Notes: generated by a model not told the origin, from the sequence alone. 64,000 nt of DNA from a virus (IMGVR_UViG_3300035109_000103:4800-68799), one strand, 5' to 3'. Counted from the stretch's first letter, positions 1 through 10,569 are shown. Translations and numbers: made by a program.

Positions 1-2492
1 CCGTAGGCGGCCGTGTTCGTGCGCATGTCCGTATTGACGGCGTTGCGGATCACATTGAACGCGGTCAGGCCATCGCCGGGCAGCAATGTGCAAATGACCG
101 GAATCCATCCGAGCGCTCTTTGCGCGACGCAATGAGCTTTCAGCGCTGCGACGAAAGTGGGAGCGTCAGGATAGGCCGGATCGACGTTCGTTCCGATCGG
201 GATCACATAGATGAATTTCCGACCGGCTCTATTCGTCGGAATGCCTTTATTGATCTGAACCGAGCGCGTGACCGCATGGTTGAATTGCGATCCGAAGAAT
301 GACCAGACCGAGCCCCACACCGCCGGATTGTCGTGTGATGCATAGAGGAAAGGCCATGTCGTCGCGCCGTTGCCGCCGCTGATCGAATCTCCATTGACCA
401 CCATGACGCGGTCAACCGTCTGGTCGAGCATCTGGCCATTCACCAGGGCGTGATACTTTTGCACCCAAAACGATTTCTCGATTTCAGCCTGCGAAAGCGC
501 ACGATCCCAAAACGCGAGGGCTCCGGAATAGCTCCAATTTCCGGTGCTCATTCCAGAGTTTAGCGCGGTGCAATTAAAGCCGAAATCACGAAGAGAGGGC
601 GTCGTGAATGCCCATTCGTCGTGAAACAACATGAAGTCGTCCACCCAAATCTCGCGCGTCGTCCCGTCATATTTGACCGTGAGGAGATGATAGCCGCGGC
701 CGACCATATCGACGAAATTATCGTATTGGTAAATTCCTGAGTATGGATTTGCCGCGTATGCTCTGTCGATCGCAACCGTTCCGTCGACCCAGCGAGGCAA
801 TCCCGCATTGATTTGATCGACCGTGAAAGCAGCGTAGCTCTGCGCCTTCGTCAGGATCGGGTTTGACCCATTGATGATGGCCCCGGGAAGCTTGATGAGC
901 GCTTGAATGGTCCAGGTCGCTGGCGTGATCGCGGTGGGACGCTGAATGATTCCATATTTTCCCGCGAGAGCCAGCTCGCCGGCCGCATAGGCCGTGACGC
1001 TGTTGAGCGTGCTGAGGATGAGGTGGTCGCACGGCCGCGACGGCCCGAGATCGGCGGCGCCACGGAACAAGTCGAACGATAGCGCGCCGATCTTCGCAGG
1101 CGTCGAGCCATCTATCGCGCATATTCCGAGAGCAAGAGATGTCGAAGAGGCAATCGTGAAAGTATAGGCAGGCCGCGTCCCGATCGTATTGAGCCACGTA
1201 TTCGACACCGTGAAAGGTGATGATTTGGTGACGGCGCCATCCTTCGTGAGGCAGAATTGTTGATCGGTCGCATCGTTGCGAATGCAGCTCAAGGCGAGCG
1301 TATAAGTGCCCGCCGGAAGCGTAATCGCCGGGTTGCGCTCGATGAATCCTCCAGCCGAGATATTGAGATAAGAGGCTTCCGTTCCGCCATAAGGATCGGT
1401 CAGCGCATCATCCGTCGCCGTCGCCAGATATTTGTAGAAGAGCGCGGACGAGAACATGCGGCTAGCCGGCGTCAGGATTCCGGCAGGCGGGGGCGTACGA
1501 TTGAGGATATTCGGAATATGCGCCACGGGCTCGCTCTGGATGCGATCGAACGGCCACATTCCGATCGCGCCGGGCGGCATGGAGTCGAGAAGCTGCTTGT
1601 CGGCCGCGGTAGCTCCCGCCGTGGCGACGAGTGAAGTGACGCTCGCCGAGAGCGCAGTGACGGATGACGAAAGAGCATCGACGGAAGCGCTCAAAATATT
1701 GATCTTGACGTTCAGCGCGGTGACGTCGATATCGCCCTTCCACACCCATCCGCCCGATCCATTCGACGCATAGGCGCCGTTGCGATCCGCCTGACCGGCG
1801 GTGTCCGGCGTCGTCAACTCGTTCGCGCCCGTGCTCGGATAGGTGTATGTCGTCGGGTTCGTGACCGTCACCGTCACCTGATTTGCGTCATATCCCGCGA
1901 TCGAAAGACCGCGCACATTGATCTTTTGCCCTGTGGTGAGGCTATGCGCCGCCTGCATGACGATCGTGGCGACATTCGATGCCCTGGCGCGGCTCGCCGT
2001 CTTACCGATGACGTCGGACACGACATGCGCTTCGAGATTGGCCGGCGCGCCGGTCACCCCGTTCATTTCGGCGACGGTCGCGAAGAGGAACGCCGCCGTG
2101 TCGATAACGGTCCATTTCGACGCCGTCGCGTCCCAAAAATAGTCGGCCTTCTCGTCGATCAAGAATGCGCGATATCCGCTCGACGGCGCGACGAAGCTCC
2201 ATCCGTCTGCCGTTTTCTCCGCGACATTATTGTCCTTTCCGGCAAATGCGCCGGTCCCGGTCGGCTTGACGATATAGCGATCACCGATCGCCTCGCCGCC
2301 GGGAGGCGCGGATAGCGTCTTGGTGATGACGGCGACGACGGCCGAGTTGAACTGGATGAGCGTCCGGAGCTGCGCGGCGGCTGCCGCCGCGCTCACCCGA
2401 ACAGTCTCCGAGCCCGCGCCGGAGTCCTTATTGCCGATAAAGTCGTCCAGCGTCGTTTTTTCTTGGAGATCAGGTGTGCGAATGCCAGCCAT
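1..2492 (-). CDS. Tail fibre / receptor-binding protein, truncated by window edge (>=830 aa): DUF2793-like N-terminus, beta domains, LamG-like domain, SGNH/GDSL esterase
   Basis: Manual translation from ATG 2492 (GGAGG RBS) is open to base 1. Motifs: GDRYIVKPTGTGAFAGKDNN..GWSFVAP (DUF2793-like), AFWDRALSQAEI (LamG-like), VNGDSIS and IGTN (SGNH blocks I and III). Absent from the ORF track because no stop lies in the window. Confidence 0.85.
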   Translation of the reverse strand, partial: MAGIRTPDLQEKTTLDDFIGNKDSGAGSETVRVSAAAAAAQLRTLIQFNSAVVAVITKTLSAPPGGEAIGDRYIVKPTGTGAFAGKDNNVAEKTADGWSFVAPSSGYRAFLIDEKADYFWDATASKWTVIDTAAFLFATVAEMNGVTGAPANLEAHVVSDVIGKTASRARASNVATIVMQAAHSLTTGQKINVRGLSIAGYDANQVTVTVTNPTTYTYPSTGANELTTPDTAGQADRNGAYASNGSGGWVWKGDIDVTALNVKINILSASVDALSSSVTALSASVTSLVATAGATAADKQLLDSMPPGAIGMWPFDRIQSEPVAHIPNILNRTPPPAGILTPASRMFSSALFYKYLATATDDALTDPYGGTEASYLNISAGGFIERNPAITLPAGTYTLALSCIRNDATDQQFCLTKDGAVTKSSPFTVSNTWLNTIGTRPAYTFTIASSTSLALGICAIDGSTPAKIGALSFDLFRGAADLGPSRPCDHLILSTLNSVTAYAAGELALAGKYGIIQRPTAITPATWTIQALIKLPGAIINGSNPILTKAQSYAAFTVDQINAGLPRWVDGTVAIDRAYAANPYSGIYQYDNFVDMVGRGYHLLTVKYDGTTREIWVDDFMLFHDEWAFTTPSLRDFGFNCTALNSGMSTGNWSYSGALAFWDRALSQAEIEKSFWVQKYHALVNGQMLDQTVDRVMVVNGDSISGGNGATTWPFLYASHDNPAVWGSVWSFFGSQFNHAVTRSVQINKGIPTNRAGRKFIYVIPIGTNVDPAYPDAPTFVAALKAHCVAQRALGWIPVICTLLPGDGLTAFNVIRNAVNTDMRTNTAAY

Positions 2493-2553
2493 ATGTCGCC
2501 CTCCAGGCGGTCCAGACTTCAGAGCATTGGTGATTTTTAGGCGGTGGTAAGCG

Positions 2554-5500
2554 TTAAGCCGTCGTCACATGGACGATGATCGGCGTGCCGCTTTCCTGCC
2601 CGCTCGAATTGATGGCGACGGCGCCGAATGAATATTCGGTCGCGGTGACAATCGCCGGTGTCGCGGAATCATAGGGGCTCGACGTGATGACGCCCGAAAA
2701 CTGCGAGGTCAGATCGGCCCAAGCGGTATAGTGGCCGGTGCGATATTTGATCCGCACGCCGGTACCGACCGGCTGCGCGTCCAGCGCGAATGTATATTCC
2801 CATGTCGTCGTATTGAGCTGCGCCACTGCGAAGCTCGTCACATGCATCGGCGTCGGATCGGTCCCGGCGACCGTATGCGTCGTCGTCGCGGAATAGGCCG
2901 ACGTTCCGCCGGGGCCGATCGCGCGGGCGCGCAGCTCGACAATATCCTGCCCGACGTAGCTGTCGATGATCGTCGACGTCGAGCCCGCGCCGAGCGAGAG
3001 CGTCGTCCAGGAGCCCGCGCCCTGCAAACGATGGTCGAGCTCGAAATGATCGACCGTGCCGCCGCCGGCGCCGAAGGCGAGTTGCACGAACAGCAATGAC
3101 GTCCCGCTCTGCGGAGAGATCGCCGTCGACCACACCGTCGCGATCGTCGGGACAGAGGGCGCGACCGTATCCGCGGGCGCGGTCTCGATATCCTCGCCGA
3201 CCGCGCCATTCCAACCGGGGACCTCGATGCTGTCGGCGGTCTCGAATATCTGCGGGGCGTAATCGACGAAGGTCAGATTGCGCTCCATCCCGTCGCCGCG
3301 CGTGATCTCCTTCACAACCGCATCGATCGCGACCAGGGACGCCGGCCCGAAGATCGCGAGATCGCCCGGCTCGGGCAGAGCGCCGTCATCGTCGAGCAGC
3401 AAGGTCATCGACTGGCCCGCGACAGTGACCACCGCGCGCTCCAGCCCCACATCCGGCTCATCCTCGGTCGCCGGCGGGCGGCGGAAGATCACGATATAGA
3501 TCACGCCGTCTTCCATCTCGACGAAATCGTCCAGCGTCACGACGCTGCCGATCGCGGTCATGACGCGCGCCTGTTTCTGCGCCGCATTGAAGATGTAATG
3601 CGAGAGCTGGACGCGATCGAGCCGCTCGGCCGTCAGCACCTCATAGCTCTGCGAGGCGGCATATTCGACACGGCGATATTCGATTTCGAGAAGTCGCTTC
3701 GTGCCTTCGATATAGATCGCTGTCGGATCGGTGTAGCCCGGCAGCGACAGCTCCTCGATCTCGATTGGATCGCCGACGAGGCCGGGGCGCGGGACCAGCC
3801 GCTCCGCATCCTCGTAATTATTGGTGCGGTCCTTGAACGTGATCCGAAACGCGTCAGGCGGGCGGACGAAGGTTTGCTTGGACGAAAAATTGCGCGAATT
3901 GCGCGGGCCGATCCAGGCCGTGACCGGCTTGCCGATCTCATCGATCGCGACCGAGAATTTCCCGGCGCGGCGGATCGGCTTGGCGCGCCCGGCCGCGGCG
4001 ATATCGGCCAGCACCTCGCTCAGAGGCGAGATGAAATCATGATAGCGATCATAGGTGAGCCCGAGAGCGACGCATCTGCCATGCCAATATTGCAGCCGCT
4101 CGAGATCGATCTTCGCATCCGCGACGCGCCGCACGAAGGCGTTGTGCTGGAGCACGTAGCGAAACAGCGAGGCGGGATTGCGCGTCTCGCGCGTAATCCA
4201 TGTCTGCGTCGCCTGATCCCAATCCGGGCAGACGCAGTAGCCGACGATGCTGAAATCTTCGATCGAGCCGTTGAGCTGTTCGGTCGCCCGCGCGTCGATC
4301 GCCGCCTGCGCCAGCGGATACGGAAAATGGACGGGAACCTCGGGCCGAAAGCTGCGGATCGCGGTCCATTGCGAGATCGAGATGATTTTCCATGTATAGG
4401 GCGACTGATCGACGCGATCCCAATCGAGGTCGTTTCGTCGCAGCCGAATTTCATAGCGGCCTCGCGTCGGCGGCGTCCAGTCATAGGTTCCGACCAGTGT
4501 GCGCTGCTGCATCCCCGAGACCGTCCATGTCCCGAGCGCGGTCCATGTGCCGCTGCTTTCGAGGCGGGCCTCGAGCCCGAAGGTCACGCCCCATGCGCCT
4601 TGGGACGATACGGTCGTTTCGCCGACTTGCTGCTCGGAATAGGCGATGAGGCCGCCCGGAAAGGTCACATCGAGTTGGACCTTGCTCGCCGCCGCCGCCG
4701 AATATCGGGAATCCGCCCCGAAATTGTCGGCGTGGCCCTGTGTCAGTTCGACGGAAACATTTTCCTCGAGGACCTGCGTCGGATAGATCGTGATCGGAGC
4801 GTCGGCCGGATAGCCTTCCCGCAGCTCTAGCGTGATCTCCTTATATTTTTCGAGCGGGGTGGAGCCGATGCGCGGCTCCGAGAGCGTGAGTGGCGCGTAG
4901 CCGGCCACATAACGCGAAATCCCATGGTTTTCGCCGTTGACCACCTTGCGATAGGGCAGGGCGATATGCGGCAGCGCGACCCGGATTTGCCCGAGCAGCA
5001 TCGGAAAGGGCGATTTGTCCGACGGGACCGGATTGCCCCATCCCGAGATCGCATAGGTCGGGCTGTTCGCGGCGCCCGAGTTCGACTGTGTCGGGCGCGT
5101 CGGGACGAGCGCGTTAACCAGAAAGCTCGCGCCGGTTGTCAGCGCCAGCGTCGCGCCGGCTTGCAGCGCCCGCAGGCCGAGGCTTCCCGCGGCGAGGCCG
5201 GTGAGCTCCGGAGTGAGGTAGAATTGCCCGGCGGCCGTCGCCGCGATCGTCGCCGACAGCAACAGCACCGATCGAAGCAGCGACGGCTTGCCGGGAATGA
5301 CGCGGATCGTCACCGCTCCCGGCGCCGGCTGGAAGCTCTCCCATTCCTCGATCGGGACGAGGTGGCCGGCGGCAATGACGCGGATCGAGCCCCGTTCGGC
5401 GACGAGCAGCTCCGCCGGGATCATCTCCGCGATCATCTGCCCGACCGTGACGCCCTGCGGATAGACGCGCGTCTCGCGACGCTCGTAATCGACCCAGGGC

Positions 5501-5571
5501 ATGGCGATGGCTATGACGCCGGACGGCGCCGGCTCGCCTATGCGCGCGATCGGGTGCGAAGCAGCCTCCAT
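2554..5571 (-). CDS. Tail tip / host-specificity protein (lambda gpI-like N-terminus fused to gpJ-like body, C-terminal FN3-like domains)
   Basis: ORF 2554-5598; position after NlpC/P60; TRNPASLFRYVL, WHGRC and FN3-like YQVR/FELDHR segments; start chosen at ATG 5571. Confidence 0.85.
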   Translation of the reverse strand: MEAASHPIARIGEPAPSGVIAIAMPWVDYERRETRVYPQGVTVGQMIAEMIPAELLVAERGSIRVIAAGHLVPIEEWESFQPAPGAVTIRVIPGKPSLLRSVLLLSATIAATAAGQFYLTPELTGLAAGSLGLRALQAGATLALTTGASFLVNALVPTRPTQSNSGAANSPTYAISGWGNPVPSDKSPFPMLLGQIRVALPHIALPYRKVVNGENHGISRYVAGYAPLTLSEPRIGSTPLEKYKEITLELREGYPADAPITIYPTQVLEENVSVELTQGHADNFGADSRYSAAAASKVQLDVTFPGGLIAYSEQQVGETTVSSQGAWGVTFGLEARLESSGTWTALGTWTVSGMQQRTLVGTYDWTPPTRGRYEIRLRRNDLDWDRVDQSPYTWKIISISQWTAIRSFRPEVPVHFPYPLAQAAIDARATEQLNGSIEDFSIVGYCVCPDWDQATQTWITRETRNPASLFRYVLQHNAFVRRVADAKIDLERLQYWHGRCVALGLTYDRYHDFISPLSEVLADIAAAGRAKPIRRAGKFSVAIDEIGKPVTAWIGPRNSRNFSSKQTFVRPPDAFRITFKDRTNNYEDAERLVPRPGLVGDPIEIEELSLPGYTDPTAIYIEGTKRLLEIEYRRVEYAASQSYEVLTAERLDRVQLSHYIFNAAQKQARVMTAIGSVVTLDDFVEMEDGVIYIVIFRRPPATEDEPDVGLERAVVTVAGQSMTLLLDDDGALPEPGDLAIFGPASLVAIDAVVKEITRGDGMERNLTFVDYAPQIFETADSIEVPGWNGAVGEDIETAPADTVAPSVPTIATVWSTAISPQSGTSLLFVQLAFGAGGGTVDHFELDHRLQGAGSWTTLSLGAGSTSTIIDSYVGQDIVELRARAIGPGGTSAYSATTTHTVAGTDPTPMHVTSFAVAQLNTTTWEYTFALDAQPVGTGVRIKYRTGHYTAWADLTSQFSGVITSSPYDSATPAIVTATEYSFGAVAINSSGQESGTPIIVHVTTA

Positions 5572-5575
5572 AGCG

Positions 5576-6004
5576 TCAATCTCGCCGCAGCGCTGCATGG
5601 CGCTGGAAACCGATGAGACGGTGTTTCCAGTGACCCTCGCGATAGGAGGTCAGGGCCGAGCGTCCGCCGAGCATCTGGTGCAGGACGGTTCCGGGCGCGG
5701 TCACGATTCCCACATGGCTGGCGAGCCGCGAGGCGCCGCGAAACAGCGCGACGTCATAGACGCCCTCGCATCCCGGCTCGATGGGGGCCCATGGCCCGAC
5801 GTCGCGCGCGCCGGCGATGAGCGCGGCGATCTCCGCGGTCTCCTCCGCCGTCGCATAGTTCTCGGCATAGGAGGGCAGGGCCAGCCCGAGGCATTCGCGA
5901 TAGACCAGGCGTACGAGCCCCCAGCAATCGGCGGAGGCGATCGTCGAGCCCTGCGGCGCGTAGGGGATGCCGATATAGGCGTCGGTCCAATGCGAGGCGA
6001 TCAT
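5576..6004 (-). CDS. NlpC/P60 family tail assembly protein (gpK-like)
   Basis: YIGIPY..G...DCWGLV...HVGI motifs. Confidence 0.9.
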   Translation of the reverse strand: MIASHWTDAYIGIPYAPQGSTIASADCWGLVRLVYRECLGLALPSYAENYATAEETAEIAALIAGARDVGPWAPIEPGCEGVYDVALFRGASRLASHVGIVTAPGTVLHQMLGGRSALTSYREGHWKHRLIGFQRHAALRRD

Positions 6005-6504
6005 TTGTAGAGCCCCGGCGCGTAGCGACGGCTGATCCGATGCGCCGGGATCGGCTCGTCATAGTCGATCGCCTGCAATTCGAGGGTCAGCGCGCCGCCC
6101 TCCCATGTCGCCGAAGCCACCTCGATCTCATCGGTAAACGCGTCTTCGACGAGGTCGGGCGTCGAGGCGAGCACGATCTCGAAATCGATCGTCGGATAGG
6201 CGATCAGTAGGAGCGCGCTGCGCGCGAGGTCTCCGTTGATATCGGCGAGCACGATCTGCCCGCTCGGCGCGCCAGTCTCCGGGTCATCCGGCAGCGCATA
6301 GCTCTTGACGAGGTGGAGATAGTCGACGCCACGGCTGCGCACGCCCATCACGAAGGGATCGATCGACAGCGTCGTCAGCCCATGGCTCGACAGATGGATC
6401 GGCTCGGCGAGATCGGGGTGCGTAATCGTCGCCAGTAGCACGGCGGCCTCGTCGGTCGCCTCCGCCTGCAAGGCCTCGCGCATCGGGAATGTGAGATAGC
6501 GCAT
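6001..6504 (-). CDS. Tail tip protein (DUF1833 / gpL-like)
   Basis: LLATITHPDLAEPI...ALPDD motif and synteny between distal tail and NlpC genes. Confidence 0.75.
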   Translation of the reverse strand: MRYLTFPMREALQAEATDEAAVLLATITHPDLAEPIHLSSHGLTTLSIDPFVMGVRSRGVDYLHLVKSYALPDDPETGAPSGQIVLADINGDLARSALLLIAYPTIDFEIVLASTPDLVEDAFTDEIEVASATWEGGALTLELQAIDYDEPIPAHRISRRYAPGLYK

Positions 6505-6510
6505 GTCGAC

Positions 6511-6939
6511 TTATCCCAGCGGCAAGATTTCGAGCTGCATGGAGATTTGAAAGCGGACCCCGTGCGGCTCGATGCGAGGCGCCTGATCGGGCGCGAAGCG
6601 GGCCAGCCATTTGGCGACGACCAGCAAAGGCGCGTCGTCTATGAGGATCGGCTCGCCGGACGCGTCGAGGATCATCTTCCCATCGAGCAGCTGATCGGAG
6701 ACGACGAAGGGCCGCGTTCCTTTTTTGGTCTCCACTTTCCAGAACCGCTTGAAGCGCGGGACGCGTTCTTGCGGGACATAAATGCTCGCGGCAACCTGCT
6801 CGAAGCCCGGAGACTCCAGTCGCAGGAAATCGAAGCCGGAGTCCGTTTCGATCTTCTTGCGGCCATCGTCGAGCGTCTCGGCATAGCCGTCGCGCAGGAC
6901 AAAGGGCGGCAAGTCGGACGGCCATATCAGGACAGCCAT
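6511..6939 (-). CDS. Distal tail protein (gpM-like)
   Basis: WPSDLP...GYAET..D...IETDSG motif; directly follows tape measure. Confidence 0.75.
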   Translation of the reverse strand: MAVLIWPSDLPPFVLRDGYAETLDDGRKKIETDSGFDFLRLESPGFEQVAASIYVPQERVPRFKRFWKVETKKGTRPFVVSDQLLDGKMILDASGEPILIDDAPLLVVAKWLARFAPDQAPRIEPHGVRFQISMQLEILPLG

Positions 6940-6945
6940 TCTCCG

Positions 6946-9900
6946 TTACCGCGCCTTCATCGGCCGGCGGACGCCGAAGCCTTCGAGCGCGCCATTTGCG
7001 GCGGCTTTTTTGAGCATTTTGTCGAAGGTCACCTCGAGCGAGACGCCGCCATCCGAGCGGCGCTTCTCTTTGACGTCGACGCTGGCGCCGCTCGGCGCAT
7101 TGACGAAAGACACCTGCGTCGGCGGATGCGAGCCGAGCGCCGACTGGCTGGACCCTGCGCCGCCGGCGGACGAGGCGAAGCGGGCCATGTTGCGGGCGTA
7201 ATCGACCGAGGCGGCGTTCGTCATGACCTTGGAGCCGCGCGGAAGATTGCGCAGCTCGGGGCCATTCTCGCCGACCCACGACCAGCCGCCGGGCCAGTTG
7301 TCGGTTCCGCCGGCATTGTGGCCGGGGTTGAAGAGACTGCCAAGCCAGCTGACGGCGCTGCCGATCAGTCCACCGCCGCCAGCTCCGGCCCCCGCGCCCA
7401 TTCCGCCGTTGACGGTGACGACGCCCGCCTGGACATTCATGTTCGCCGTCGTCTGATTGCCGCCGAGGCCGAGCGACTTGAAAAGGCCGCCGAGCAGCCC
7501 GCCCTCGCTCGTCCCGGTCTGCCCGAGCAGGCCCTCACTGAGCCGCGACACCTGCATGTCGATCATGCGATCCATGGCCGATGACATCGATTTTTCGAGA
7601 GCGGCGCCGACATCCTGGCCATGCGCGAGCGCTTTCAATCCGCCGCCCAGGGAATCGGTGAAAGTTCCGCGAATGGCGTCCCGATCTTCGATCGAGCGCT
7701 TCTGCGCCCGATCGGCGTCGCGCACCTTCTGCTGATAATCGGCCCAGGCTGCCGCATTCGCCTCGATCCATTTTTGCTGTTCCGGCAGAATGTTTCCGGT
7801 CTGCCGGATCGCGTCGTTCATGAGTTCCTGGCGTTTCGTCGATTCGTCGATCGCGCGCTGATCCATGCCGAGCGTATCGATACGCACGCGCAGCGCATCA
7901 TTTCCAGCAATGATCGATTTTGCGAAATCCTCTTGCGGCTTGATGCGCGCTTCATATTGCGCCGCCTCTCGCTGATCGCCGAATGCGCCGCTGGCGCGCG
8001 TCGATAGATTATCGTTCGCCGTTCCCGAACGATTGATTCCCTGCCATTCACCGATGCCGACGCGCTGCGCGCCATGCCAGGGCCCCCAACCGCGCTGCGC
8101 GGCGATCTTCAGCGCATAATCGATCGTGGCGCGCTCGTTCGCCGGATCGCTCGGGTCCAGGCCGGTCGCCCGGCGAAACTCATCTCCGACGCCGCCGCCG
8201 ATGTGGAGCTGCATCGCGCCGAACGATGTATTGTTGTCGCCGTAGAAATTCCCCAACCCTTCCGATCGCGCGACGCGCAGCGCCGTGTCCGGATCTATCC
8301 CATAGGCTCCGGCGCGCTCGCGGATATAGCCGGACATCCCGCGCGGATCGGCGGCGCTCAGGTTGCCGCGTGGCGTGAAATTCACGACATTCGAACCATT
8401 GGCCGAGCCGGCTGCTCCACTGACCTTTGCCGCGAGACTATCGAATGCGCTGGTCAGGTTGCGCGCCGACATAGCCGTGGTGTCGAATTCTCGCGTCATC
8501 GGGGCCGCGGCCGCGTTCGGCAGGTTCTCGCGGTTGAAATCGCGTTGCTGGATGTCGATTTCCTTCAGACGCCGCTCGAGCGGGTTCGACGAGTAGGCGA
8601 GCGAAAGATTGTCGCGTGATGACCGTGCCAGATCCTCGACCTTTTTCGTCGACTCCGCGATCATGCGCGCGCGCTCGGCTTCCGCCGCGACCGCGGCCCG
8701 CGAGGCGTCGCCGGTCTCCCGCAACACATTGATGCGCGCGCGCTCCATTGCGACTGCCTCGCGCTGCGCATAGGTCTGCGCCGTGATCTCGCGGACCTGG
8801 AGCGCTGAGTCCTCGCGCATACGATCCGTCGCGCTGCGCCATGTTGCGATCTGATTTTCGAGATTGGCGAGGGTGTGGCGCGCTTCATCGGCCCGATTGC
8901 CGAGCTTGGCGAGACCATCATCCGAGCCGAGCAGCTTTTGCAGCGCATCGCGGGATTCCCGCAGGCCGCGCAGCTGACCGATATCCGGAGACGCCGCATC
9001 GATGATGGAGCCGGCGCGATCAGAGAGCCGATTCAGTTCGAGGTCGCGGCGCTCCCGCGCCGGCCGCGCGCGATCTTCCTGGAGCTGCTGCTCCAATTGG
9101 CGGACGCGCTGTTCCGCCGCCGCCTCGCCGGGATAGGAAGAGGCGTCCCCGCGCCGTTGGGCGCGCAGATTGAAATATTCACCGCGGGCGGCCGCGAGCT
9201 GTTGCTCGATGGACGGTCCATGGATCGCTGCATTGATCTTCCCGCCGAGGCCGAACATGGGCGTCGTCGCCCATCTGACGACGCCTTCCCAAGCCTTCGA
9301 CAACTCCGATGCCGTATCTTTGGCCTTTCTCGTTTCGTCGTCGAGCATGCGCGTCTTCAGCGCCGTCGCTTCGGCGTAGCGGCCGCTCGCCTCGAGAGAT
9401 CGGACCATTTCCTTGGCGCCGAATGAAATCGGGCCGAAGCGCTTCTCCATCGCGCCGAGGCCTTCGCCGCCGACGATCTGAGTGATTTCGTCCTGCGCAC
9501 CCTGCAGGTCAGTTCCGAACGCATGTGCGAAGCGCTGTGCGCTCGACAAAAGTGTCGGGATATTCTCAGCTCCGATCCCGGCGCCAGCGAATTGCGCCGC
9601 AGCGCCGGCGGCCTGTCCGTATGAGAGGCCGCCGCCGCGCGCCGACGCCATTGCCGCAGCGCTCAGATCGGCCGCAGTCGCGCCGGAGAGCCGCCCGACA
9701 CCGTTCAGGGACCGTTCCAGCGCGGTTTGCTGTTGGGCGAACTGATAGGCAGCGAGCGCAGCTGCTCCGAGCCCGACGGTCAGCAGCGTAATGGGGCTCG
9801 TCGCGATGCGCAGCGCCGTCGCACCAAAATCGCGCAGCGCAGCCCCGGCGCCGCTGCTGCTCGACGAGAACACATCGGCGATCTGCGAGCCCTGCTCGGC

Positions 9901-10569
9901 AAGAATCAGGAGAGGAGATTGCCCGCCGGCGAGCTGGACGCCGACGTCCTGGAATTGCCGGCTCAGATTGATCCATTCATAACGGGCGAGGCCGACGGCC
10001 TTGGCGTTGTCGTTGGCGCCGTCCGTCGAAGGCTTCAGCGGATTGCCGCGGCCGCCGCCGGTCGCTGCGCCGATCGCGTCCCCAAGCGCGCCGCCGGCGC
10101 CGGCGGCATAGCGCCCGAGCTCATCGCGCTGCTTCCCGATCGCGGCGCCCACGTGGGCCGTAGCCGCCTCCGTCGCCCTTGCCGCGCCGGTGATGTCGAT
10201 GCCGACCTGGCCCGCAGCATCGCTGAGCGCAGAGACCGCCGCCGTCGACTCGCGCGCGCCCTTCGAAAGAGCCGATCCGAGCTTGGCGCCGGCCTTTTCA
10301 GTCTCGGCCGCTGCGGAGGATGCTTTCTTGCCGGCGTCGTCGAGCGCATCGCCGAGCTTCTCGGTGTCCTTCTCCGCTTTCTTCGCACCGTCGCTGATTT
10401 TCGATGTCGCGTCGGCCGCCTGCTTTCCCGCCGTGGCGACAGCCGCGCCCATTTGGCCCGCCGACTGCTCCACCTTCTTGGCGGACGCCGCCAACTTGTC
10501 GAGCGCGAGCGTTCCTTGCTCGGCCTGCGACGAGTCGATAGCGAGCCCGAGATGGGCGAGGTCGGTCAT
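6946..10569 (-). CDS. Tape measure protein, lambda-type, with lysozyme/lytic transglycosylase-like domain (~8070-8350)
   Basis: 1207 aa Ala-rich; NLSRQFQDVGVQLAGGQSPLLILAEQGSQI motif; GIDPDTALRVARSEG..GAMQL..GWGPW segment. Confidence 0.92.
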   Translation of the reverse strand: MTDLAHLGLAIDSSQAEQGTLALDKLAASAKKVEQSAGQMGAAVATAGKQAADATSKISDGAKKAEKDTEKLGDALDDAGKKASSAAAETEKAGAKLGSALSKGARESTAAVSALSDAAGQVGIDITGAARATEAATAHVGAAIGKQRDELGRYAAGAGGALGDAIGAATGGGRGNPLKPSTDGANDNAKAVGLARYEWINLSRQFQDVGVQLAGGQSPLLILAEQGSQIADVFSSSSSGAGAALRDFGATALRIATSPITLLTVGLGAAALAAYQFAQQQTALERSLNGVGRLSGATAADLSAAAMASARGGGLSYGQAAGAAAQFAGAGIGAENIPTLLSSAQRFAHAFGTDLQGAQDEITQIVGGEGLGAMEKRFGPISFGAKEMVRSLEASGRYAEATALKTRMLDDETRKAKDTASELSKAWEGVVRWATTPMFGLGGKINAAIHGPSIEQQLAAARGEYFNLRAQRRGDASSYPGEAAAEQRVRQLEQQLQEDRARPARERRDLELNRLSDRAGSIIDAASPDIGQLRGLRESRDALQKLLGSDDGLAKLGNRADEARHTLANLENQIATWRSATDRMREDSALQVREITAQTYAQREAVAMERARINVLRETGDASRAAVAAEAERARMIAESTKKVEDLARSSRDNLSLAYSSNPLERRLKEIDIQQRDFNRENLPNAAAAPMTREFDTTAMSARNLTSAFDSLAAKVSGAAGSANGSNVVNFTPRGNLSAADPRGMSGYIRERAGAYGIDPDTALRVARSEGLGNFYGDNNTSFGAMQLHIGGGVGDEFRRATGLDPSDPANERATIDYALKIAAQRGWGPWHGAQRVGIGEWQGINRSGTANDNLSTRASGAFGDQREAAQYEARIKPQEDFAKSIIAGNDALRVRIDTLGMDQRAIDESTKRQELMNDAIRQTGNILPEQQKWIEANAAAWADYQQKVRDADRAQKRSIEDRDAIRGTFTDSLGGGLKALAHGQDVGAALEKSMSSAMDRMIDMQVSRLSEGLLGQTGTSEGGLLGGLFKSLGLGGNQTTANMNVQAGVVTVNGGMGAGAGAGGGGLIGSAVSWLGSLFNPGHNAGGTDNWPGGWSWVGENGPELRNLPRGSKVMTNAASVDYARNMARFASSAGGAGSSQSALGSHPPTQVSFVNAPSGASVDVKEKRRSDGGVSLEVTFDKMLKKAAANGALEGFGVRRPMKAR

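Noticed and set aside
3598-4830. Long antisense or alternate-frame ORFs in the track (e.g. 3598-4830, 9727-10902, 17876-19318, 42561-43982, 62780-63901)
   Set aside because: Shadow ORFs of real genes in high-GC DNA; Arg/Ala-rich, no motifs or RBS.
1-5571. Diversity-generating retroelement acting on the tail fibre
   Set aside because: No reverse transcriptase or template/variable repeat pair was seen in the window; the unseen 3' end of the fibre gene cannot be assessed.
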